A DNA stretch of 64,000 nucleotides from a virus, in IMG/VR virus record IMGVR_UViG_3300046004_000518, positions 32,001 through 96,000 of that record; one strand, written 5' to 3'. This document shows, piece by piece, positions 18,038-26,408 of the stretch. The first letter of the stretch is position 1, and each line of letters starts with the position of its first letter. A program made the translations under genes and the position numbers. The notes beneath the pieces were generated by a model. It searched no databases. It saw only the letters and a list, made by a program, of their open reading frames with translations, and was not told the origin of the DNA.

Positions 18038-18058
18038 TTTATTATCCTTTTAATAACG

Positions 18059-18643
18059 TTATTTTTTAATTAATGTAACTAATATATCTGGCCAGACGTT
18101 AGTTACATTAATGTCTGCGTCGAAATTATCTTTAATCCACCCGGATGTAAAGTACTCCCACTTACAGTTATTTATCATTCCGAATTCCAAAATAGCTTTG
18201 TTTTGTGCTGAAATTTCTGCCAACATGCCTACACTATCCTTGTAAGCATTGTAGCACGGGTATTTAATTTGAAATCCACCAGCTTCGTGCCACCATGCAT
18301 AGCTTGTCATATCTGGACGGTACACTAACATAATCCACGCATCTGAGAATGTATCTTTAATTTCGTGTAACTTGTATGCCCAATCGTGACTCTTAACTAA
18401 CTTAGTACCGCCATCTGCGGTCCATGCACTGTTTATGTGCGCTGCATCTAACGTAGTTTCAAACTCCATACTGCGACCAAAGTATGCACCAACATGTCCT
18501 GTGTAACTGTGATGACTGTATGTACGTGCAGGAGTACGGTCACTGGTATTCATGTTAGGCATTGACTCTAACACCTGTGCTATGCCACTCCATCGTGATC
18601 CGGGTACGCCTGTAAAAAATATGTGATTAGGTAATTTGCTCAT
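18059..18643 (-). CDS. Hypothetical, P-loop/sulfotransferase-like; likely start MSKLP at 18643
   Basis: IFFTGVPGSRWS N-terminal loop, LVKSH, MLVYR. Confidence 0.5.
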   Translation of the reverse strand: MSKLPNHIFFTGVPGSRWSGIAQVLESMPNMNTSDRTPARTYSHHSYTGHVGAYFGRSMEFETTLDAAHINSAWTADGGTKLVKSHDWAYKLHEIKDTFSDAWIMLVYRPDMTSYAWWHEAGGFQIKYPCYNAYKDSVGMLAEISAQNKAILEFGMINNCKWEYFTSGWIKDNFDADINVTNVWPDILVTLIKK

Positions 18644-18655
18644 ATAAGTAATTAT

Positions 18656-19171
18656 ATGAATCAAACAGCACTTAATAATTATTTTGGTACCACGTGGCAA
18701 TCAAATTTAAAACAATACACATACTCCGGGTGGGCATTAGTTGATAAAATTAACCCCAACGAATTAGTATTAGATGTGGGCTGTGGATTCAATGAGTTTA
18801 AATCTCGTATACCCAATCTTGTAGGTATCGATCCTGCAAACGACAAAGCCGATTTTAAACTACCTATAGAATATTTTAGAAATGATATAAAGTTTGATGT
18901 AGCATTTTGTCTAGGTAGCATTAACTTTGGTAAAGAAATTAATATAGTCAATCAGATTAGACATGTAGTTGCATGTCTCAAGCCTAAAAGTAGAATCTAC
19001 TGGCGTTGCAATCCTGGCCTAGCTGATCATAACAATGAAGAATGTAAAGAGATAGACTTTTATCCATGGACTATAGAAAAACATGTAGAGTTTGCTGAAT
19101 TATTTGGTTATAAGCTAACAGTTGCTAGATGGGACACTGGTAATAGAATTTATGCAGAGTGGATCTCTTAG
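18656..19171 (+). CDS. Class I SAM-dependent methyltransferase
   Basis: VLDVGCG motif I, GIDP, FDVAFCLGSINF, LKP. Confidence 0.85.
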   Translation: MNQTALNNYFGTTWQSNLKQYTYSGWALVDKINPNELVLDVGCGFNEFKSRIPNLVGIDPANDKADFKLPIEYFRNDIKFDVAFCLGSINFGKEINIVNQIRHVVACLKPKSRIYWRCNPGLADHNNEECKEIDFYPWTIEKHVEFAELFGYKLTVARWDTGNRIYAEWIS

Positions 19172-19478
19172 CTCAGTATTTAGTAATTAAATCTCAAACA
19201 TAACTGTGTACTTTCAACCATTTTCTTATAGTTAAATAAATTTAACATAGGAGGACAAGCGATACATAAATCAGCATAAGTTTAATAAATTGTATACTCA
19301 GACGACAATGGTTTTAATACACTGACACTACAAGAAGGCATATTCAGACAGTCTCAATTAAACTCTGCACTACTGTATTCACAACTACAATAATAAATTC
19401 GACCAACCTTTAATTAACAGTGGCGCAACATTTACCACACCGCATGATTAATAACTAATTAACTAACAATGGTGGACT

Positions 19479-20258
19479 ATGACAAAACGCAGAAGCAATA
19501 CAACTACAAAAGCACGTGAATTCGTAAGATTTATAGATAGTAACCCGATACCAATACCAACAGCATATAACCAAAAGAAATTTTCAAGTTTTGATTTAGT
19601 AAATGTAAGCCCAAAAACAACAAACCAACAAAAAGTTTTTGATATGTGGAATGAAGATTATTCCATGATATTAGCTGGGTCCGCCGGATCAGGTAAGAGT
19701 TTTATTGCATTATATCTTTCATTGTCTGATGTACTTGATAAGGTTAATGGATATGAAAAAATAATTATTGTACGTAGTGCAGTTCAGGCTCGAGAGCAGG
19801 GGTATGTACCTGGTACACAAGAAGAAAAGAATGCAATTTACGAATTGCCCTATACACAACTGTTTAATGATTTATTTAGAAAAACAAACCAGTATAGATT
19901 CTTAAAAGAAGCAGGCATTGTAGAATTTCACACTACTGGTAACATTCGTGGTGTAACATGGGATAATAGTATTGTTATCTTTGATGAATTTCAAAATGCT
20001 AACTACGAAGAACTTTCAACAGTGGCAACCCGTGTTGGTCAACACTCTAAACTTATTTACTGTGGCGATATTGCACAAAACGACCTACATCGTAAAAAGA
20101 ATGACATCAGTGGCTTTGCTAAATTTGTGAAGATTGCCGAAATGATACCATCATTTCGTAGTGTCTACTTCAATCATGACGATATTGTACGTAGTGGATT
20201 TGTTCGTGAATTTATCATTGCTGAGGAAATGTGGAACGAAGCTAATCCGAATGGGTAA
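19479..20258 (+). CDS. phoH: PhoH-like ATPase
   Basis: GSAGSGKS, VRSAV, GYVPG, RGVTW, DEFQN, GDIAQND, DIVRSG. Confidence 0.92.
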   Translation: MTKRRSNTTTKAREFVRFIDSNPIPIPTAYNQKKFSSFDLVNVSPKTTNQQKVFDMWNEDYSMILAGSAGSGKSFIALYLSLSDVLDKVNGYEKIIIVRSAVQAREQGYVPGTQEEKNAIYELPYTQLFNDLFRKTNQYRFLKEAGIVEFHTTGNIRGVTWDNSIVIFDEFQNANYEELSTVATRVGQHSKLIYCGDIAQNDLHRKKNDISGFAKFVKIAEMIPSFRSVYFNHDDIVRSGFVREFIIAEEMWNEANPNG

Positions 20259-20841
20259 TTAACTCAAAGATTTCTTTCCAGTTTTTAACTACAGGATATG
20301 GGCACTCATGATGCATGTTGTGCCCATGTTCGAACAATATTGATTTTAACCCAATTGCATGCCCTAAGTCTGCATTTTCGGGCTTGTCTTCAACCCACCA
20401 GAGACCACTATCTCTGTACTTCTCAAGTGCTTCGTGTTTATCTGCACCAGTATCTAAGCACACAATCTCATCAAATGTATTAGCACCAAATAACTTATTA
20501 AGATTCATTGCACGTAACTTTTGCGCATTAACATCTTTGCTTATGCTAGTGATACAGTTAAACACATAGCCATATTCTTCATGTAAGCGTTTAACATAGT
20601 ACACAGCGTCACGCAATGCGGGTACAAAGCCCATAGCCGCACTTTCATTAAACAAGCGTACTAACTTCTTACTTTCATCATGCTCGAGATCATTGTACAT
20701 TAAGTGAATGTAGTATGTTAGCTTTGCATCTTCTTTAAGCACATATCCACGTTCTTGCATCCACACACGAAACGCCCATTCCCAATCGAGCAAACAACCG
20801 TCGACATCAGTTAATATTATTTTTTTACCTTTATAATCCAT
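20242..20841 (-). CDS. HAD-family 5'(3')-deoxyribonucleotidase-like; likely start MDYKG at 20841
   Basis: LTDVDGCLLD motif I, WVEDKPEN motif. Confidence 0.8.
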   Translation of the reverse strand: MDYKGKKIILTDVDGCLLDWEWAFRVWMQERGYVLKEDAKLTYYIHLMYNDLEHDESKKLVRLFNESAAMGFVPALRDAVYYVKRLHEEYGYVFNCITSISKDVNAQKLRAMNLNKLFGANTFDEIVCLDTGADKHEALEKYRDSGLWWVEDKPENADLGHAIGLKSILFEHGHNMHHECPYPVVKNWKEIFELITHSD

Positions 20842-20878
20842 AATTACCCAATCTAGTAGTACATTGATAAATAAGTAT

Positions 20879-21550
20879 ATGTTCATACAAAACAAATACA
20901 CTAAAACTTATTATAACATAATTAATCGAGCTAAGTCAAGAGCAATTGACGGTTATACTGAAACACACCATATCATTCCCAGATCACTTGGTGGCGACAA
21001 TAATATCGACAACTTAGTAAAATTAACTGCACGTGAACATTTTATTTGTCATCTATTATTACCTAAGATGACAACTGGTGCAAACTATCAAAAAATGTTG
21101 TATGCGTACACTATAATGTCCGGGCGCACTCTATACAATGCTAAGAAGTATGAATTCTATAGAAAAGAATATACTGTAATTAATAGCATACTTAGAACAG
21201 GATCAGGTAATGGTATGTTTGGCGCTGATAGAAGTGGTATGAAAAATACATTTTTTGGCAAGACTCATAGTGAAGAAACTAAACGAAAAATATCAATTGC
21301 AAAAACAGGTGTCAGTACGATCATGCCACCATTCTCGCTCGAACATAAAAGAAATTTAAGTCGTGCAATGCAGGGACGTAATGCTGTAACATATAATTTT
21401 GTGCATGACGAGCACGGTAACTTTACAGGTACTATTCAGGCATTGATAAAACATTATCCCGACACATTTACTAAAAAATATCACAATGCAGAGATATGGA
21501 AACTTACGGCTGGACTTTACAAATCATGTAAGGGCTGGAAGTTGCTATAA
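20879..21550 (+). mobile_element. Freestanding HNH homing endonuclease with NUMOD3 motif
   Basis: ETHHIIPRSLGG-D-N-LVKLTAREHFICHLLL; FFGKTHSEETKRKIS; opposite strand to both neighbours, own TAAATA 5 nt before ATG. Confidence 0.85.
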
Positions 21551-21865
21551 AAGATACTTGTCGCTAGGAATACTAGGAGTTTTGACGCTTATTATAGTGG
21601 TTTCTTCGAGATATTCAGATTGACTAATATCATTAGGGTATAATATATAACCCTCACCTGGACCAAATAATTTTCCATTGGTTAATACTTTACCAGATAC
21701 TATTAAAGTAATTTCTGTTATCTCGGTGTGATAATGGCTAGCACATTGACCACGAGGATTAGTCTGTACGCCAACTTCAAACTCTTTGGTACGGAATACA
21801 GCTTCAGCAAAATCTCCAATAAACCAGCCACGGGCGCCGGATTCAGATAATTTAAATTCCTTCAT
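21545..21865 (-). CDS. Cupin-fold protein
   Basis: GWFIGDF, HYH-x4-E-x-T-x-IVSG. Confidence 0.7.
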   Translation of the reverse strand: MKEFKLSESGARGWFIGDFAEAVFRTKEFEVGVQTNPRGQCASHYHTEITEITLIVSGKVLTNGKLFGPGEGYILYPNDISQSEYLEETTIISVKTPSIPSDKYLL

Positions 21866-22157
21866 TTAAATTATTCACTGCATCATCAATATATTCAGCG
21901 TAGCCATCATAATAGTGTGTGAATAGCTCTTCGAAATTATTGGCATTTTTGAAGGTGTTTTTAATGATTTTAGCTTCGGTTAGGTTCAAAATCACTTGGT
22001 TTACAAGCTGTTTGTTATGTAATCCGCGGGTGATGTACACTTGCTCTTCATATTCAATATTAGCAGGATCTTTCATATAACCTGCTTTATGAGTCTGTTT
22101 AGGATCTTTAGGTTGCCCTGTGTACTTGGCAATTAGGTAAATGCTTAGGTCTGCCAT
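21852..22157 (-). CDS. Hypothetical protein
   Basis: 101 aa ORF, coupled to clamp loader. Confidence 0.7.
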   Translation of the reverse strand: MADLSIYLIAKYTGQPKDPKQTHKAGYMKDPANIEYEEQVYITRGLHNKQLVNQVILNLTEAKIIKNTFKNANNFEELFTHYYDGYAEYIDDAVNNLNEGI

Positions 22158-23080
22158 TATTGTGATACCTGACTTAGTTCAATCATCATTGCCGATAGGT
22201 TAATTTCGTGATCTGCAACAAGTGGTGCGTTAACTGCGGCCTTACGAATAATTAGTATTGCTTCGTCTTGCCCTTCGTCTGTCTTAGACCATAAACTTAA
22301 ATTGTTATATGCCCAAGAAATAATTTCTTCCATTTCTTCTGGACGAGCTTGTTCACATAACAGTTTACGTGCTTCACGAATTTTACCATGTTTAAACAAA
22401 TCAATCATAGCAAGTTTGTAATCACTTGTACCCGTGCCTGTTTCGTTTGGTGCTTTGAGTACATTATCTGTACTGTTCATTTGTAACAAGTTTAGGCACT
22501 TACGTAAATCTGGATAGGTTGCTTTAACATAGCTGTCCAATGTATCTAAGTCAAACTCTACACCTTCTGTTACTAACACAGTGGCCGCACGTGCTGTAAA
22601 CTCTGTGTGATCAACTTTCTCGATATGAAAACCTTGACAACGACTGTGTAGCGCAGGAATAATCTTGTGCGGATAGTTACAGGTCATAATAAAACGTGCT
22701 GTATCACTATATGTTTCCATTAGCCCACGCAACACTGCCTGCGCACCTGGTGATAAGTAATCAGCTTCATCTAACAGGACAATTTTAAACTTGCCAAACG
22801 GCATTGTACTAACAAAGCCTTCGATGCGTGTTCTAATAAAGTCTACACCATTATCACGTGACGCATTGATTTGTAAAATATCATACTCGTCAATGTTTAA
22901 CGCTGTAATAAGAATCTTTGCTAGTGTTGTTTTACCGATACCAGCCGAACCACTGAATAGTAAGTGAGGTATTGCACCTTCCTTAATCCATTGTTTAACT
23001 TGTTCACGTTGTGCTTCGTCGCGAAACACATAACCGTCTACGTCTTTAGGACGGTATGCTTCTACCCATAATTGTTTCAT
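22157..23080 (-). CDS. Clamp loader subunit (RFC small / T4 gp44-like AAA+)
   Basis: LWVEAYRP, GSAGIGKTT, INAS, LLDEAD, SRC, DLRK. Confidence 0.92.
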   Translation of the reverse strand: MKQLWVEAYRPKDVDGYVFRDEAQREQVKQWIKEGAIPHLLFSGSAGIGKTTLAKILITALNIDEYDILQINASRDNGVDFIRTRIEGFVSTMPFGKFKIVLLDEADYLSPGAQAVLRGLMETYSDTARFIMTCNYPHKIIPALHSRCQGFHIEKVDHTEFTARAATVLVTEGVEFDLDTLDSYVKATYPDLRKCLNLLQMNSTDNVLKAPNETGTGTSDYKLAMIDLFKHGKIREARKLLCEQARPEEMEEIISWAYNNLSLWSKTDEGQDEAILIIRKAAVNAPLVADHEINLSAMMIELSQVSQ

Positions 23081-23241
23081 TGATCGCCTTTGGCTGTTGA
23101 TGGTTTAAATGGACTGTTGAGAGTGGACAATTCGTCGGCTATTCTGCGCATATCTATGCTTAATTTGCATTGCCCAAATGCTTCTTCAACTTTTCTTGCT
23201 AGATTATGTTGGTCAATTATTACTTGATCTAAATCGTTCAC
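23077..23241 (-). CDS. Small hypothetical (GTG start, 54 aa; not in ORF track)
   Basis: Open frame overlapping both neighbours by 4 nt. Confidence 0.5.
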   Translation of the reverse strand: MNDLDQVIIDQHNLARKVEEAFGQCKLSIDMRRIADELSTLNSPFKPSTAKGDQ

Positions 23242-23396
23242 ACTAATTCCTCTACGATTCCTAATATTTCTGCCAGGATAAACAAAACCCCAGCACTTAC
23301 TAACATATTAGCACATAAAAAGCCGCCTGCCAATATGCGCAGGCCACTTTTGGCAAAACTAACTACTTGATGTTTCCACGGATCTGGATGTTGCAT
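23238..23396 (-). CDS. Small membrane protein (52 aa; not in ORF track)
   Basis: MQHPDPWKHQVVSFAKSGLRILAGG...LAEILGIVEELV*. Confidence 0.65.
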   Translation of the reverse strand: MQHPDPWKHQVVSFAKSGLRILAGGFLCANMLVSAGVLFILAEILGIVEELV

Positions 23397-23752
23397 TATG
23401 TTAACCCTCTTCCAATAATTTCGTCTACAGTTGGTGTATCTCTAACTAATAAAATATCATTATGATCGATTCTGCGTAAGGTATGTTCACCGTCTGCATC
23501 TTCGATTTCGATTCCACGTGTCCAACGTCCATGTTTAACTAAAACATATTGTCCGACTTGTACATCTTTTTGGCGATTACCGATAGCATATACTCGACCC
23601 CATCGTGCATGTATACCTTCTAACTTGCCGTCTGTGTTTTGTATAATAATACCACTAGTAGTAACACGTTGATCAAAATTCATATCAGTTACCAGCACGT
23701 GATCTTGCAGTGCTCTAATCTTGTTTATTTTGTGTGCTTCAAATGCGGCCAT
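23396..23752 (-). CDS. Divergent GroES-like co-chaperonin
   Basis: ALQDHVLV, TTSGIII, VYAIG, VQVGQYVL, DILLV. Confidence 0.8.
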   Translation of the reverse strand: MAAFEAHKINKIRALQDHVLVTDMNFDQRVTTSGIIIQNTDGKLEGIHARWGRVYAIGNRQKDVQVGQYVLVKHGRWTRGIEIEDADGEHTLRRIDHNDILLVRDTPTVDEIIGRGLT

Positions 23753-23761
23753 AATATTCCT

Positions 23762-24184
23762 TTAAATTCTTCTAATACCCGGAGTAGGATCCGATAATGG
23801 AGTTAATAATTCTTGTTTAACTTCGGTGTCGCTAGCAATTGCGCCAGCAAAACTACCACGTGGTTTACTAGTCGATGCAGCGACAGGTGCACTGCTTGTA
23901 ATTGGCACGTCTTTTGCTGTTGGCTGTACAAGTTTAGTGGGTGCCGGAGCTGTATTTGACGAGCTATCGGATATAATATCATTATCCTGTGATGCTACTG
24001 GTGTATTTAATTTATGATATTCCTGCATTATTTGACTGCGAGTTTTTACAATTTGACCTCCTGCACCTAACTCATCGCCACGTGCATTAGTTTTCATATT
24101 GCCTACTGCAATTACATTTTCATTTGCCACACGAAGAGAGTCGATGTCGATCGCTTTCCCCATTGCTGTTTTATATGTTGCCAT
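23762..24184 (-). CDS. Hypothetical protein
   Basis: 140 aa; IAVGNMKTNARGDELG motif; TAAATA upstream. Confidence 0.7.
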   Translation of the reverse strand: MATYKTAMGKAIDIDSLRVANENVIAVGNMKTNARGDELGAGGQIVKTRSQIMQEYHKLNTPVASQDNDIISDSSSNTAPAPTKLVQPTAKDVPITSSAPVAASTSKPRGSFAGAIASDTEVKQELLTPLSDPTPGIRRI

Positions 24185-24212
24185 ATCTTTCTCCTATTAT
24201 ACGTGTACTTAT

Positions 24213-24725
24213 TTACTTTAAGAATTCTGTGATGTCAAGTTGATAGTGCAAGGAGTCAATTTTATGCACGCCTAACAAGAACAATACATAACTTGCCACA
24301 CTCGATCCACGTCCAACACCCCAAACTAATTTATTCTTACGTAATGTATCCACAAGATATTTTAAATAACGTAATAGGTTAAACAAATCACGTTCTTGAT
24401 ATAATAATAACTCTTGTGCTACACGCTGTAATTCGTAGTCTTCTCGACATAAACTTAGAATGTATTCTGCGATATCTAATTCTTTATAATCATCGGGCAT
24501 GTGCCACTGTGACTGCATAGCATCATCATACTTGTCTACGGGCATACGTTTACTAGTATACAATCCTAGTTTGTTTATTTCGGCATGCAGTGCATCAACA
24601 CTACTATTGAACTCATCAGGATCTTCAACTTGAAATAAATTAATATTTAAATCAGGTTTGGTATATAATAGGTCACACAATTCTTTTGTGTCTGTGTAAC
24701 CTTGACCGTATTCATCGTACTTCAT
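24213..24725 (-). CDS. DNA polymerase III alpha (DnaE)-like fragment
   Basis: RV-x-x-EL...L-x-YL...WGVGRGSSVASYVLFLLG-x-x-x-ID...EFLK; ends before the catalytic PDxD. Confidence 0.8.
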   Translation of the reverse strand: MKYDEYGQGYTDTKELCDLLYTKPDLNINLFQVEDPDEFNSSVDALHAEINKLGLYTSKRMPVDKYDDAMQSQWHMPDDYKELDIAEYILSLCREDYELQRVAQELLLYQERDLFNLLRYLKYLVDTLRKNKLVWGVGRGSSVASYVLFLLGVHKIDSLHYQLDITEFLK

Positions 24726-24961
24726 TATTTGATATCAATTTTGTCTTTGAATGTTTTGCTATTCTTTTCTAAATCATCTAGCATTTTTTGATTACGACGT
24801 TGAACTTCCATATCATAATCGCCCATGACTAACTGTATCTGACCAATCATATCGCCATGCCCCATACGATATGCAAACATCATACGATTACTTAACTCAG
24901 CACGCTTTTTATGTAATTCATCATCTGATAAACCTGATAGGTCTGGTGTAAGTGGATGCAT
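24725..24961 (-). CDS. Hypothetical protein
   Basis: 78 aa helical ORF. Confidence 0.7.
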   Translation of the reverse strand: MHPLTPDLSGLSDDELHKKRAELSNRMMFAYRMGHGDMIGQIQLVMGDYDMEVQRRNQKMLDDLEKNSKTFKDKIDIK

Positions 24962-25395
24962 TATAAATCTCCGTCTTGTCTATTCTCACTATAGTAGGCA
25001 TCAAAACTTCCGCCTGGATAGCGTGATTGTAGTTTATTTACATTTTCTTGTATTACATCATTTGGATCTAAGTTTAAGGCACGACATGCATTAACCCAAT
25101 ACCACATGATATCACCAAGTTCACGCTTCATGTGGAATACATTCTCATCGTTAAGTGGTTTACCTTGGAATAACATTTTCTTTGGAATTTCACAAAACTC
25201 GCCAGACTCTGCCGCTAGCCCTAAGCATGCTGTAATTAGTAGCGGAACATTAACATCTGGACCATGCAAATTGGTTGCAGAATCATAATTACCATCCAAA
25301 TCATCTAAACGATTCATAAAAGTAGTTAAGTCGTTGCTGGGTTGGCTAGTTACTTCTTTTACAAAGTCTGAATATTTGTTTAAATCGATATGCAT
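24961..25395 (-). CDS. mazG: MazG-like nucleotide pyrophosphohydrolase
   Basis: GLAAESGEFCE, RELGDIMWY, NVNKLQSRYP. Confidence 0.85.
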   Translation of the reverse strand: MHIDLNKYSDFVKEVTSQPSNDLTTFMNRLDDLDGNYDSATNLHGPDVNVPLLITACLGLAAESGEFCEIPKKMLFQGKPLNDENVFHMKRELGDIMWYWVNACRALNLDPNDVIQENVNKLQSRYPGGSFDAYYSENRQDGDL

Positions 25396-25422
25396 AAATG
25401 AGAACTCCTTAGTAATACTACT

Positions 25423-25451
25423 AGTTTATAGTAATATCGCTAAGGAGTCAA
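25423..25451 (-). promoter_or_regulatory. sigma70-type promoter
   Basis: TTGACT-17-TAAACT. Confidence 0.6.
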
Positions 25452-25466
25452 TGGGTTTGGTAAAAA

Positions 25467-26408
25467 TTAACCTATTTTATACCATTTAGTTTCTGATGCA
25501 TGGTAGAAATATGATACACTTGTGCCAGCAGACAACGTTACGTTGGCACTTGGTACTAATGTTGTACCCACGCTTGGATTAACTTTAAATGCTGTGATAG
25601 TTTGTGTTGAACTAACTGTAACAACTTTAGCTTCAACGTTGCCTGCAGGAAGTGTTAATGTACCTTTGGCTAATGTACTAGCTGGGTTATAAATCACACG
25701 TGAAACACTAGCACCAACAGTTTGATCAAAGTCTGACGTAGCAGCACTATACTGATAACCAGTAGCAATGGTAGCACCACCTAGTGTTAAATTGCCTGTG
25801 ATTGTAAAATCACCAGTGATATTATCACAATTACGTGTTAAATCTTCAATGGTAATTGTAGTACCTGCATTATATGTTGTAAATTCAAATACATATGATC
25901 CAGCGGCTGGGAATTTAATATATGATCCGTTCCAACCTTGAATATTTGTAAGTCCTACTGATACCGCCGCTGGCAATGTTATTGTATCTGTCGATGCTTG
26001 ACTAATAACAATTTCAAGTCTTAATTTAGCATACAATCCGCTAGTTGGCCAATTAGTAAATGCACTAATAGTTAATGCAGTGCCTGCTGTTGTGGTTACC
26101 TTTTGATAGTGGCCATCTGCAAAACTAATTATAGTCGATGATGTTTGTGGTCCGATATCTTTAATTGTTTCAACAGTTCTAATTAATTGCGCACCTTTTA
26201 TCTGTGCGTAGTTCAGTTCATTAGAAAAGCTACCGTCAGATAATGGTTCTGTTAATATTGATTTGAGTTGCAAATCTGCAATCTCATTTTTAGCAAACGT
26301 TAAATTGTTTTTAATGTTGGTAAAGTTATCACGAAAGCCTTGACTATCATTGTCCTGGCCTGCAATTGGATAACTTCCGTTTATATTATTTGGGTTAATT
26401 GATGACAT
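25467..26408 (-). CDS. Virion structural protein (baseplate/tail)
   Basis: N-terminal YPIAGQDNDSQGFRDNF, beta-rich body; in the tail operon. Confidence 0.65.
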   Translation of the reverse strand: MSSINPNNINGSYPIAGQDNDSQGFRDNFTNIKNNLTFAKNEIADLQLKSILTEPLSDGSFSNELNYAQIKGAQLIRTVETIKDIGPQTSSTIISFADGHYQKVTTTAGTALTISAFTNWPTSGLYAKLRLEIVISQASTDTITLPAAVSVGLTNIQGWNGSYIKFPAAGSYVFEFTTYNAGTTITIEDLTRNCDNITGDFTITGNLTLGGATIATGYQYSAATSDFDQTVGASVSRVIYNPASTLAKGTLTLPAGNVEAKVVTVSSTQTITAFKVNPSVGTTLVPSANVTLSAGTSVSYFYHASETKWYKIG

